Assembly (NCBI RefSeq): GCF_963921235.1
Contig: NC_086106.1
Location: 103,788,001-103,852,000, forward strand
Reading direction: 5' to 3'
DNA length: 64,000 nucleotides
From: Mobula hypostoma
Taxonomy: Eukaryota
The position numbers and the translations under genes are program-made. Shown here piece by piece: positions 12,193 to 24,330 of the stretch (positions are counted from its first letter, which is position 1; every line of letters begins with the position of its first letter). Below the pieces are notes generated by a model, which was given only the letters and a program-made list of their open reading frames with translations, was not told where the DNA came from and searched no databases.

Positions 12193-12194
12193 AC
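12160..12194 (-). ncRNA. Minimal type I hammerhead ribozyme motif
   Basis: CUGANGA and GAAA core boxes, stem II agg/cct, GUC cleavage triplet, stem I gtc/gac, palindromic ACGT stem III. Confidence 0.7.
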
Positions 12195-13173
12195 AAATAA
12201 CAGAAGCTACCTTATAAAGTGATGGCTTGCCACAGACCTTATTTTGCAAAACTGCAATATATAAATAATTGGAGTGAGGACAACTGTAGTGTATTATATA
12301 TTTCAGTAATATTTGAGCAATGTAAATATATTGTTTGATGACATTTTCTTTGTTTATTTCCATAAATCATTATGGGTTATATGTAAGAAATACATAAATG
12401 GCATACGTCATCATGTCTTTAAGTGTGCACCCCACTGAAAAAAAGAAAAGCAAAAACTAAGTAAACCAGTTTTCTGGCTGCCATGTTTTTCTTTGTATTT
12501 GTTTTCGAGTTACAAAACATTGGAAAAGTGATGGGGAAGTTTTAAAACAAACCTGAGACAACAACCTGCCTGTTGAAGCACAGCCTGATTTCCATTCTTC
12601 ACAATGGGAGAAAGAGACATCCGAGTTTAGAAAAAGGCAGAAAATGGATGAAAGTCATGGGTTCACTAATAGTGAATAGCGGGTGATAGTGAATCAAAAC
12701 AAGCAGACATGGCCGTCTACACTGGAAAGATAGACGTGTTCGATTGCATAACAGATAACTAGATAATGTATACTGGTTGAATTGAGCAGTACTTTGAAGC
12801 AAATGAAATAGCCAATGAAAAGCGAGTGTCAGTATTACTGAGTGAAATAGGTGGGAAAGCATACAGATTGCTTTAATGTTTGATTATGCCAGCCAAACTG
12901 CTTTGCCGATATCATGAATATAATGCAGGAACATTTAAAACTGAAACCATTGTTGATTATTGAATGCTTTAGGTTTCATAAGCAGAATGAAAATGAAGGG
13001 GAGTCCATTTCAGCTTATGTGGGTGAACAGAAGAAATTGTTCAGTGATTCACTACGTGGTCATTTAGTTTGTTAAGTATTAGGCTTACTTTTGGAGTAGC
13101 ACCTGCACCGGCGCTCTGGAAGAAACCAATGCGCCAGGTGCCACATGGCTACACAGGCGTTCAGTGTTACATC

Positions 13174-16100
13174 TGTTGTTGTGTGAATGAAGTCACCAGA
13201 GAAAAGTACTGGTAGCTATGAAGCAAAGCAGCCTCTTTATTCAACAAAAGAAGATACGGCAGGCATCATATGGAGCACTTCCAGAGAGGAAAGGGTCTAG
13301 CTGACACAATGCTACCCAATATTTAATGTGCTAAATATCAAAGGATAGTTCCGTATTTACAATGCATTTACAATGCTTTCTTTGAAACCACACACTAACT
13401 TTACACCTCCAGATTCACACCCACACCACAGACATCTAAATGAACTTTAATCAGTATTGTCTGGTCTGTGATTCACAGCTTTTGTTTAGAGTTGCATTTT
13501 AAATTTAATCAACAATCAAGATTCGGATTTGAAGATTGGTGGCTGAAGATATTTGCTATATGTGCTAAACCCAAAAATCACTCTACAGCCACTCCTCTTA
13601 GCCCTCCTGGACGAAGATAAATCTGTACCAGAAAAAGCTAACTTTAAGAAAGGTCTACTCAAATAGGGCAACAGAAATGCCCTACTTCTGAATTCTGCCC
13701 CCTCTAATTACTTTATGTGCATCTACATTCTATGCTATTGTCCCTAATCGCTACCTACAAAATGTTAAGGAAAGAAATTGCTCCAGAAATTTGAACAGCA
13801 GTCTTTAGAAATGTGGCTTCATTTGTTTGCCTATTTGCTCTTTCCCCGCTGGCCGATTGCAGCTTAATCACCCACAAGAGAAAATCTGTAGATGTTGGAA
13901 ATCTGAGCAACCCATACAAAATGCTGAAGGGACTCAGCAAGCCAGGCAGCATTTATGAAAAAAAAGTACAGTAAATGTTTCAGGCCGACTGGTCCTGCTG
14001 AAGGGGTTCTCTGCTGTACCTTAAATCCCTCCCCATCTGTTTTCCCCAATATCTTTTGTATTCCATGCTATTAAACTAATCATCTTCCTTCAGCATCCAG
14101 CCTTCATTACAGAGTACAATTACCATCACACTTAAGCATGCTATTCCTGAGTTTCTGTCAAGCCCTTAGTGTCTTCTACCTTCACATTTGCTGTAGTTGT
14201 GTTTCCATCAACTGTGGTCAGGTCTGGAGTGGCCGGCTGGAGTTCATCTCTTAGATTCTCTGTAATTACCCAGTTACGGGGTACACTTGATCCCTTGCTC
14301 TGTGGCAGTAACAAGAAGGTGAGTCGTACGGTTTAACCTGAGTCCAGTGTTTCCATTGACTGCCTCACCTAATCTGCAAGCAGACAGGCACACGTGTCAC
14401 TTGTTAAAAGTACCATCTGTGGTCCTGTCCATCTGAGAGCAACCCCAAACCCTTCAGTCAACATCCTCACCATGACTTGGTCACCCAACTATGGAAGGAC
14501 TATCTCCTTTCCTTCCAGCTCTCTCTGATCAGCGATGTGCTGCTGCTGTTTTGCTCAGTCCTTCAATACTTTACGTTGGTTGCAAAGCTCTTTCACATAC
14601 TGTGTCTTTGTAAATCCCAGGCTCACCGAAACCTGTAGTTACCCCAGAAGGGAGTTACGTTGCTTGCCCCATCAATAACTCGTAGGGGCTGAGACCAAAT
14701 CTCATCAGGATTCCTGGTAATATATCAACCATGTATTTCCTGTCTCAGCTATAACTTTGGCTAAGGCATTCTTGATCGTTCGGTTCATCCTTTCTACCAT
14801 TCCTGATCTCTGAGGGTGGTCGGGTACATGGAACTGTTGTCACATTCGTAACTGTCGGCACATTTTCTTCATCACTTTCCCTGGCCTTCATAACAAGGGG
14901 AATTGAGTATAAGAGCAAAGAGGTCCTTCTGCAGCTGTACAGGGCCCTGGTGAGACCACACCTGGAGTACTGTGTGCAGTTTTGGTCTTCAAATTTGAGG
15001 AAGGACTTTCTTGCTATTGAGGGAGTGCAGCGTAGGTTCACAAGGTTAATTCCTGGGATGGCGGGACTGTCATATGTCGAAAGATTGGAGCAACTGGGCT
15101 TGTATACTCTGGAATTTAGAAGGCTGAGAGGGGATCTTATTGAAACATATAAGATTATTAAGGGATTGGACATGCTGGAGGCAGGAAGCATGTTCCCGCT
15201 GATGGGTGAGTCCAGAACCAGAGGCCACAGTTTAAGAATAAGGGGTAGGCCATTTAAAAAGGAGTTGAGGAAAAACTTTTTCACCCAGAGAGTGGTGGAT
15301 ATATGGAATGCTCTGCCCCAGAAGGCTGTGGAGACCAAGTCTCGATGCTTTCAAGAAAGAGATGGATAGAGCTCTTAAAGATAGCGGAATCAAAGGTCAT
15401 GGGGATAAGGCAGGAACTGGATACTGATAGTGGATGATCAGCCATGATCACAGTGAATGGCGGTGCTGGCTCAAAGGGCCGAATGGCCTACTCCTGCACC
15501 TATTGTCTATTGTCTATTGTCCCTGTGAAATGTGCTCCCTGACCTGTGTTCACCTGGACTGGGGTTCCCCACCTTGGGAGGATTTCCTGAACTAGAATCT
15601 GTGTAGTGGTGTTGGCGGTGCAGTCCCTTTTTGGGGAAGCCTCTACCCACTGGGTGAAGTAGTCTGTGATTACTAGACAGTGGCTTTCCCCCTGTCTTTT
15701 GGTAGGGACCATGTCAGGTCCATCTGCATGTTTTCCCAGGGCCCCCACAGCCGTGGCTGGTTCACCAGCTGTAGCTTTATGCCCTTTCCAGGTTTATGTT
15801 GGGCACAAATGATACTACAGCAGCAACATTTCTCAACATCCCCGCCCATCCCTGGCCACCACCAGTCCTGCCAGAGGGTTGTACTCATGCTCTACCTTCC
15901 CTGATGCATCACCCCATGATATAACTTCAGTAGTATCTGCCTAATACATGGTGGTGCCACCACGACTCCCTCTTCATGTGTCCAGCTCCCACTTGCTTTG
16001 GTCCTTTGCTCCCTTTTTCCTCCATTTCTCCTCTTCTGCCTCCACCTTTTCATATAATTTTACTGAACTGGCTTCTGTCATCTCTTCCTGCACACTTGCA

Positions 16101-16195
16101 ATTTCAATTGCCTTTTTTTACTCTGCTGCCTTCTTCACAATGATGTCTGCCCACTCAGATCCTTACTCTCCCCTTTCTGGTGAGCTCTGACTTTA
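13174..16195 (-). mobile_element. ERV-like (retrovirus-type) pol/integrase remnant with probable 3' LTR (~13174-13588)
   Basis: HHCC region (HGVMHQG...WWWPGM...C..ICAQHKPG), WENMQMD, CLVITDYFTQWVEA, EILPRWGTP...QGAHFTG, then (across the CR1) HPQRSGMVERMNRTIKNAL. LTR boundaries are approximate. Confidence 0.65.
14882..15521 (+). mobile_element. CR1 LINE 3' fragment inserted in the integrase
   Basis: ORF 14950-15369 RPHLEYCVQFWS...RTRGHSLRI...FFTQRVV; (TGTCTAT)n tail. Confidence 0.9.
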
Positions 16196-16439
16196 ATTAC
16201 TTGCGAAGGACTACAGGGATGATCAAAAATGGGTATTTGGAAAGATTAAGGACAGAACTGGCCCACTCTCCTACACAGAGGAGATCATGTATGATGTCAT
16301 CTGGAGATGACACGTTGACCAGTTGAGGACAGCAGAATCAATTGTTAGAGAAGACAGATGTACAGAACTGTCAGAACCATTTCCTGTAGTCCTGTAGATT
16401 GTTTCTGCAACCACCACAGAGGAGGCCCCAGAACCTGAG

Positions 16440-16790
16440 CATGTTTACAAGATAATAAGAGGAATAGATAGAGTGGATAGCCAGCGCCTCTTCCCCAGGG
16501 CACCACTGCTCAATACAAGAGGACATGGCTTTAAGGTAAGGAGTGGGAAGTTCAAGGGGGATATTAAAGGAAGGTTTTTTTACTCAGAGAGTGGTTGGTG
16601 CGTGGAATGCACTGCCTGAGTCAGTGGTGGAGGCAGATACACTAGTGAAGTTTAAGAGACTACTAGACAGGTATATGGAGGAATCTAAGGTGGGGGCTTA
16701 TATGCGAGGCAGGGTTTGAGGGTCGGCACAACATTGTGGGCTGAAGGGCCTGTACTGTGCTGTACTATTCTATGTTCTATGTTCTATGTT
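16440..16790 (+). mobile_element. CR1 LINE 3' fragment
   Basis: KIIRGIDRVDSQRLFP...TRGHGFKV; (TTCTATG)n tail. Confidence 0.85.
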
Positions 16791-17604
16791 TCTCAGCCAC
16801 ATGTCTCACCTACCAAGCATCGTGACCAACCACCAACACCCACCCCCCATCAGAAATGGCATTATCTCACAAGAGTAAGAAATCCTCCACGGCAATTAAA
16901 TCTTTAGGCCTGAATAGGAAATTTTAAGATTTACTATTTTGTGGTTTTGATTTATATGTAAGAAGTACATGAATAAAATATATCAAAACACCACCACATC
17001 ATAATTGCAAACCTCACTGAAGAAAAGGAAGGTAAAAACTAAGTAGACTGGTCTCCAGCTCCCGTGTTTTTCTTTTGATTCGTTTGGAGGTTATAAAACA
17101 TAACAATAATGACATTCCATCATATGAAAACAGAGCATACATTACATACGCTTCGTAAATATCAAATATCAACTAATTTGCACATTCTACTGCTATTTAA
17201 GATCCTTTCTTTCACTATCCACATTTGTAGAATATAACATGAATTATTTTACAAACATCAAAATTATTGCCATTAGCTGGTTGAGAGTCATCTCCAATTG
17301 GCTGTCAAGGGGGAGTGGTATAAAGTCAAATTTATCATCATTATATTTAATCACTGTTCCTGAGGCCCATAAACTTGATTTGCCCCTTTATTATTTTCAT
17401 GCGTCACTCAACAGATGTTAAATTACTCATGGTAAGGTTTCCTTATCCAATTCAACGAAAGTAATCATGCTTTTAAGAATTGCTGCTAGATGTCAATGTG
17501 TGTTTTATATTAAATGATATTTTATATTAAGTAGAATAATGATGCCAGTAGTGCAGTGACAGTGTATTTAGTACAACTTTCCTCTGAAAAGATGAAAAGA
17601 TGTT

Positions 17605-17985
17605 ACCTTCACATGGATGGTTTGTCCCACGTCCATCAGGGAAAAGGCCAGGAGCACTAGTTAGTTGCTCCAAGCCATCAGGCTGATCAACACCTGTGTT
17701 AACCCACCCCATCACCACAACATAAACATCACCTACTGTCACATATGAACATACTGCGCATAGTCTACAATCAGTCTATGTATGTAACAGTTACTTCTAC
17801 ATTATGATTTACAGGATTGCTTTTATATTTATATTTACTGTGTTTTCTTTTTTTATTTTAAATTGTGTTCTTTATGCTTATTGTCTCTTTTTATGCTGCA
17901 TCGGATTTGGAGTAACAATCATTTCATTCTCCATTACACTGGTGTACTGAAGAATGAACATAATCTGTCGTGAATCTTGAATCTT
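17605..17985 (+). mobile_element. Rex1/Babar 3' end remnant
   Basis: Similar to 32220-32620; gaatctt repeat tail. Confidence 0.55.
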
Positions 17986-19019
17986 GTTGTGGTTTGCTCC
18001 CTTTAGAAATAGCTGAGTGCGAGAAGTGAAATAAATTGCAAAAACCCAAAAAGATACTTCGGTGTTGCAAAGTTCTTCACATAACTTTCACTAACAGTGT
18101 TAGGGGGACCTAGAATATTGTTTCAACACCAGAGAATAACATGGAACAAATTTCTGGCTATAATCATTAGTTTGGCTTTGCTTCAAACCATGTCTATTCA
18201 ATTGTCACTGAAATGCAACCTCTGTTGGCCACATTTTTCACTGAACTGTTCCAGTTTACAAAATGGCTTCTCAATAATATACTTCTCTCCAAACTAAAGA
18301 GCATGTTCTGCTTGGAAGTTTCAGTGCACCCTTTCTTGGTGTTCTAAATGGGTGCTACGTCCAGTTCAAGTGCCAAAGAAGACAAATAACAGAAGATTTG
18401 GAAATGGCCACATATCCAAGTTCAGATAATTGCTACAGTGGTTTTCGTACTGAGTCATGTGCAAAGATTTAATCTGCATTGTCTTCAAGGGTAGCAGCTC
18501 TGAAGTACAGGAACTGAGTCTTTAAAGTTATGTCTAAGGCTGTCATGAAGCAGATATTTAAAGACTCTCAGAGGAAGGAAGACATGAAGAAGTGAAGGAG
18601 TGGGTGGTTAACTACTGTGATAATCTACATAGCTTCAAGCCCTGTGGTCCCTCAGAACCTAGAATCAGATTCACATTTATTATCACTGACTTATGACATG
18701 AAATTTATTGTTTTAAGGCAGCAATACAGTATAAAGACATGAAAATCTGTAAACTACAAAAATAAATAGGCAGTATAAATAGGAATAATGAGGTAGTGTT
18801 CATGGGTTCACATAGCAAAGTTCACAACCTTCTTCTGTGCAGTGAAGAAAGTAACTGAGCTGCTGGAAAGCACGGGAAGCCCTGTAAAACTACTAGAGAT
18901 CAGCTGATGTATAATTCTGTGGCTGATGGATACAGAAAGTAGTACAGCGATTCAAGTGTGGGATCCATTAAGTTAAGGTTTCCTCCTTGTTTCCTTCCAA
19001 GTTATAAATACAGATATTC

Positions 19020-19350
19020 AAAACAAAAAGGTGTAAACATTCAGCAGCATCGATGGGAAGATTGAGAGCGGGAGGGAGAGAAAAGTGGGTGGGAAATAGG
19101 TTTCTGGAGGGTGAGAATAAAACAGGGTGAAGAAAATATGAGTAACTGTTTAAATATTATATAAATACATTGTTAATATACTGGGAAAAGATTTGCAGGA
19201 GCATCAGAAGTAAACATGAACTGAACCAAAAACAATTCCACATGCATGACAAAGGCAGGCTTGCCATGCAAGTTCCAATAGCTGCTCCATTGGTCTGAAC
19301 AAAGTGAGTGCAGTTAAAGAAGTTGTTTAATGTGAGTTCCAACTCAGCAA
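19020..19350 (-). mobile_element. Old Penelope RT fragment
   Basis: ORF 19157-19342 ELTLNNF..THFVQTNGAAIGTCM, comparable to LTLNSFSF..HFLQTKGVAMGTRMG in 55147-56385. Confidence 0.6.
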
Positions 19351-19835
19351 AACAAATGAAATAGCTGGTGACGCCTCTGTTTGAGGTAGATTTTCATTAT
19401 AAATGCATGTCTCGGGTTGCACTTTATCAGCCAACTCTTGTCGGTAAACATGGAAATGGCTACTGTGCACTGGATGATATTAGATACATGTTTTATGCCG
19501 GGCAAATGTCAGAGACACTCAGGAGAATTACATTTGTAAGTGCCCAAGCTGATATTTGACTGGTTGCTTATCAGTCTGAAAACGATCATTGGCAGCATCT
19601 ACAGGATACAAAATAACTTTTATATGCAATAGCTCCATATAGGTCCATTTGGTCCACTTTCTGTGACTGAACAATCGTTGGGAATGTAGTAGTTTTTCAA
19701 TTACTTTCCTTCGCATTAGCAGACAAAATAAATGCATTTGAAAACTAATGAAGGAAAGGTAATTTCAAACTTGGATTGAAGTCAATACAAATTTTATTGA
19801 TTGACCTTTTGAAAAGATTTTGATCATGCATAATA

Positions 19836-20194
19836 TAGAAACATAGAAAATAGGTGCAGGAGTAGGCCATTCGGCCCTTCGAGCCTGCCCCCCATTTATT
19901 ATGATCATGACTGATCATCCAACTCAGAACCCAGCCCCCGCCTTCCCTCCATACCCCCTGATCCCCGTAGCCACAAGGGCCATATCTAACTCCCTCTTAA
20001 ATATAGCCAATGAACTGGCCTCAACTGTTTCCTGTGGCAGAGAATTCCACAGATTCACCACTCTCTGTGTGAAGAAGTTTTTCCTAATCTCAGTCCTAAA
20101 AGGCTTCCCCTTTATCCTCAAACTGTGACCCCTTGTTCTGGACTTCCCCAACATCGGGAACAATCTTCCTGCATCTAGCCTGTCCAATCCCTTT
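19836..20194 (-). mobile_element. Young CR1 3' fragment
   Basis: ORF 19924-20187; nearly identical to the corresponding part of 28778-29424. Confidence 0.9.
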
Positions 20195-21579
20195 ATACTG
20201 CTCTAGAGACACAGACTTTGCAGCATTGACTGATACATTTTAAACCCCATAAACTGTTTTGTGTCCTAAGGCAGCTGTATTGCAACAAATTGTAGAGTAC
20301 TTTGTCAAAATATTCCATACACGTCCACAATCAAGTTAACAAATAAATTACACACAGAAAAGAAATAAATAGATCAATCTGCAATGTGGAAGTTCATGAA
20401 CACATGCAGACACACATGAAATAAAACCTCAGCAGGCCTAGCTGAAAAGGATGGAACAAATAGCTGAAGATTAACCTTGACAATAAAGTCCTTGGAGAGC
20501 TATTCATTCATAGTCCCTGACTCAGTTGTCTTCATGTTCAATGTCATTTATAACACTTAAAATATTGTCATGAAAAGGAAAATATTTGAACATTTACAGA
20601 ATTTCATAATCAAAAAAGAAAAAATATATAAAGTTAAACTGGATCCCAAAACCTGCAGAATGGAAGGCAACAAGGTTATGTATATTTCTAAAAGGAACTG
20701 CTTTTTAATGGAGTGAAAAGAAAATTTAAAACATTGGATAGCTATATAGTCCAGGTATGTATGTGAGAATTTGAATACAAAATAGTGACACTGTGGCGTT
20801 GGCAATGTAGGGTGACATTTTGCGGGCAGCTCGAAAACTACTTGATATCCTACTAGAAATACTTTGAACTATGTTTACTGCAATCTGCAATTTCCCTTTA
20901 AGAAACGTACTTTTTGAATTGTCTGCATGAACTAGTGATTTTTTTTTATGATCTGAAGGATTTAGTGAACTTTCAGCATTTTGAACCTGGCGAAGATCAG
21001 CCACAGGATTAAAGCTGTCCTCTCTGGTTGTTTTTGATCCATTTCCCACTCTTCCCGCTTCCACCATCCAGCGGGGGGTGAATGAGTCTTTACATCCCAC
21101 GCCGCCAGGTTAATAAACAGTTATTGCCCTACAACTGTCAGGCTCCTGGACCAGCATGAATGGCTTTATTAGCCTTGGTGCTGAATGAATTACAAAGCCC
21201 TTAGACTCACTTTCAAAGACTCTGCCTTTGTTATGTATGTTTCTTTCATGGATTCTATTGTATTTCTTTATTTTCCTGTGGATGCCTGCAAGAAAATGTT
21301 TCTCAAAGTTGTATATGATATACACACTAAGATAAGAAATTACTTTGAACTTTGAAGAAGAATGATGTCTTACTACAATTATATCAGTGCTACATCTGGA
21401 GTATTGTGTATTGTCATAGTCATAGTCATAGTCATACTTCATTGATCCCGAGGGAAAAGTACAGTTTTGGTCTCCTAACCTAAAAGGACATATTTGCTGC
21501 AGAAGAAGTGAAATGAATATTGTAGCCATTTGTAAGTTCATTGGTTGCAGGAGGGGTAGCTCAGTATTCTGGAGTTCCA

Positions 21580-24330
21580 TTGTTTTAGACATGATAGAGC
21601 AGGAGGCATTAAAAAAGGATTAGAGTGATATTACTAGTCAGGGAAATGTCATGGCAATACTCAGACAGAACAGGCTGGGAACTTGCCTACTGATGCTATA
21701 TAGGTGGAACTGAGGAGCAAAAATGGGATGACCACATTAATGGGATTATATTTTAAACTGCCCAATAGTCAGCAGGAAATAGAGGAACAAACTTTTAGAG
21801 AGTTCGCAGACTGTTTCAAGTAAGATAAAGCTGTAGGTGATTTTAACTTTCCATACACTGTGTGTCCCTTACTAAAAAAGGGCTCGATGGAATCGAGTTT
21901 GACAAATATTTTCAAAATCATTTCCTTAATCAATACATAGATGTCAAAGCTAGAGAGTGTGTGATACTAGATCTCCTATTAGAGAATGAGACAGGGCAGG
22001 TGACAGAAATTTGTTCAAAGTACATTTATTATCTATGTGCACTACATACAACCGAGGGATTTGACTCCTTACAGGCAGACTCAAAACAAAGAAACCCAAT
22101 AGAACCCATGGGAAAAAAATCATTAAACACCTAATGTGTTTAAAAAAAGAACAAGTCATGTAAGCAATAAAAAATAAAAAATAACATTCAGATTTAAAGT
22201 TCATGAAAGTAAGTCCAAGGCCACAAAACCATCACTGCAGCCAGTCCAGGAGCTCATTAGTTGCAGGTCACGGCCTCAGTTCAGCACAGAGACAAGTAAA
22301 TCTCACTAAGCAGCAGGCTGTTCCTCACCTCCAGCCCCGACACCCTGATCTTTTCATTCTGGCCCAATGTTTAAATTGGCTAAATCTCTGGTTGAACCTC
22401 ACTCTTGGACTAGGGCAACACTCACAACACGCTGGAGGAACACAGCAGGTCGGGCAGCATCCGTGAAAATGATGAGTCAACGTTTCGGGCTGGAACCCAG
22501 GGATGCTGCCCGACCTGCTGAGTTCCTCCAGCGTGTTGTGAGTGTTGCTTTGACCCCAGCATCTGCAGAATATTTTGTGTCTTGGACTAGAGTGCTGTCT
22601 CTTCGATATGCTCTCAGGACTGGGCCCTGTCGCTTCAATCAGGCACATACCCTACCTTTCCAATCTGGCCTGCTGCTTAAATTGGTCAGAATTTGTTTCT
22701 TTTCTCGCTCTCAGGCCCAGGCCCCGATTCCTCAATTCGGCTTCTCCACACCACGTCGCAATTGTCCTGCACCTTCAAGACTTCAATTCACACCGCAAAA
22801 ATGCCAGGCTGAACAGGCTACCCAAAAGCTCAACTCCAAAAAAAGAAGTTACAGGCAGTGATTGCAGTGATCTTTGTCCAGAGAAAGAGTGATCAGTAGA
22901 GTAGCTGGCAAGGTGTTATTGTGTTTCCCCAGTCCCATATTAAACAGGAAGTTTGAACACTTTGCATGTAGTGACCATAATGCCTTTAGTTTCAAGATAA
23001 TTATGGAAAAGGATAGGACTTACCCTTGAGTTAGGATTCTAAGTTGGGGAAAGGCCAATTTTGGTGGTGTCAGAAACAATCTGGCAAGTGGTTGTTTTCT
23101 GGCAAAGGTGTATTTGATAAGTTAGAGGCCTTCAAAAGTAAAATTTTGTGAGTACAGAGTTTGCATGTTCCTGGCAGAATAAAAAGAAAGAATGACAGGT
23201 TTAGAGAACCCTGGTTTTCAAGAGAGATTGAGGCCCTGGTTAAGAAGAAGTTGATGTCGAGCAGGTATAGACAGGAAAGAACTAATGAGGTACTTGAGGA
23301 GTATAAGAAATGCAAGAGAACACTTAAGAAGGAAATCAGGAGGGCTAGCAAAAGGCATGAGATTGCTTTATCAGACAAATTGAAGGAGAATCCCAAGGGT
23401 TTCTACAGATATATGAAGAGCAAAAGAATTACAATGAACAACATTGGTCCTCTTGAAGATCAGAGTGGTCACTCTGCATGGAGCCAAAAGAGATGGGGAG
23501 ATCGGAAATGAATTTTTTTGCATCTACATTTATCTGGGAGATGGAAACTGAGTCTATAGAAGTAAGGCAACACATGAGGTCATGGGCTATAGACAGATTA
23601 CAGATAAAGAGGTTTTTGTTGCCTTGAGGCAAATTAAGGTCGATTAATTCCCAGGGTCTGACAAGATATTCCCATGGAGTTTAGTGGAAGGCTAGTGGAG
23701 TAATTGTAGGGGCCCTAGCAGAGATATTCAAAACATCCTTCACCACAGGTGAGGTACTGGAGGACTGGAGGATAGTTAATTTTGTTCAATTGATTATGAA
23801 AGGCTTTAAAAGTAAGTCAGGAAATTATACACGAGTGAGCCTGACATCAGTATTAGGTAAGTTAATGGAAGGTATTCTAAGAGACCAGGTATTTAAGTAT
23901 ATATCTGATCCCTTAGACGTATGGGCACACTCTAAGGGATATGTAGACATATATCAGGAAGGGACTGATTAGAGTTAGTCCACATGGTTTTGTGCATGGT
24001 GGGTTGTGCCTAATCTTGATGAAATCACAATTGGGGATGTAGTGGACAGCAAGGAAGGCTCCAAAACTTGTAGCAGAATCTGGACCAGCTGAAAAAAATG
24101 GGCTGAAAATGGCAGATGGAATTTAAAGCAGCTAACTATGAGGTGTTGCACTTTGGAAGGATAAATCAGGGTAGGACTTTACATGGTGAACAGTAGACCA
24201 CTGAGGAGTGTGGTAGAACATGGGGATCTGAGAATACAGATCCTTAATTCCCTGAAAGTGAAGTCACAGGTAGAAAGGGTCATAAAGAGACAGTTAGAAC
24301 AAATTGTTCAGTTATTGATTACATTTGAAA
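21580..24330 (+). mobile_element. Degenerate CR1 ORF2 with nested insertions (~22010-22950)
   Basis: EN motifs (VGDFNFP, ILDLLL, SDHN), FREPWFSREIEALVKKK, KENPKGFYRY, YTRVSLTSVLGKLME. Confidence 0.8.
22414..22579. mobile_element. Fold-back mini-Penelope (inverted pseudo-LTR arms) with TSD
   Basis: 48-bp arms 22415-22462 and 22501-22548 are inverted repeats with one mismatch; TSD TCTTGGACTAG (22403-22413, 22580-22590). Confidence 0.8.

Larger units (their letters stand above)
12285..17105 (+). mobile_element. Degenerate Gypsy element (second family) hosting nested insertions
   Basis: Similar LTR ends (...aaaactaagta...ttacaaaacat) at ~12290-12520 and ~16935-17105. Gag remnant from 12709 (IEQYFEANEIANEKRV), RT remnant RLTFGVAPAPALW at ~13080, integrase tail DYRDDQKWVFGKIKDRTGPLSYT at ~16205. 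Confidence 0.75.

Noticed and set aside
17417-17436. Tiny AG...G|GTAAGG candidate exon in unique sequence
   Set aside because: 17 nt, not frame-preserving, and no supporting evidence.
21072-21108. Apparent micro-exon (pyrimidine tract-CAG|...CCAG|GTTAAT) and ORF 20726-21100
   Set aside because: The segment aligns with the decayed 3' end of a Rex1/Babar LINE (LFSLLPSGRRYRSL...RFRNS region) that continues to ~21350; the ORF has no recognisable motif.
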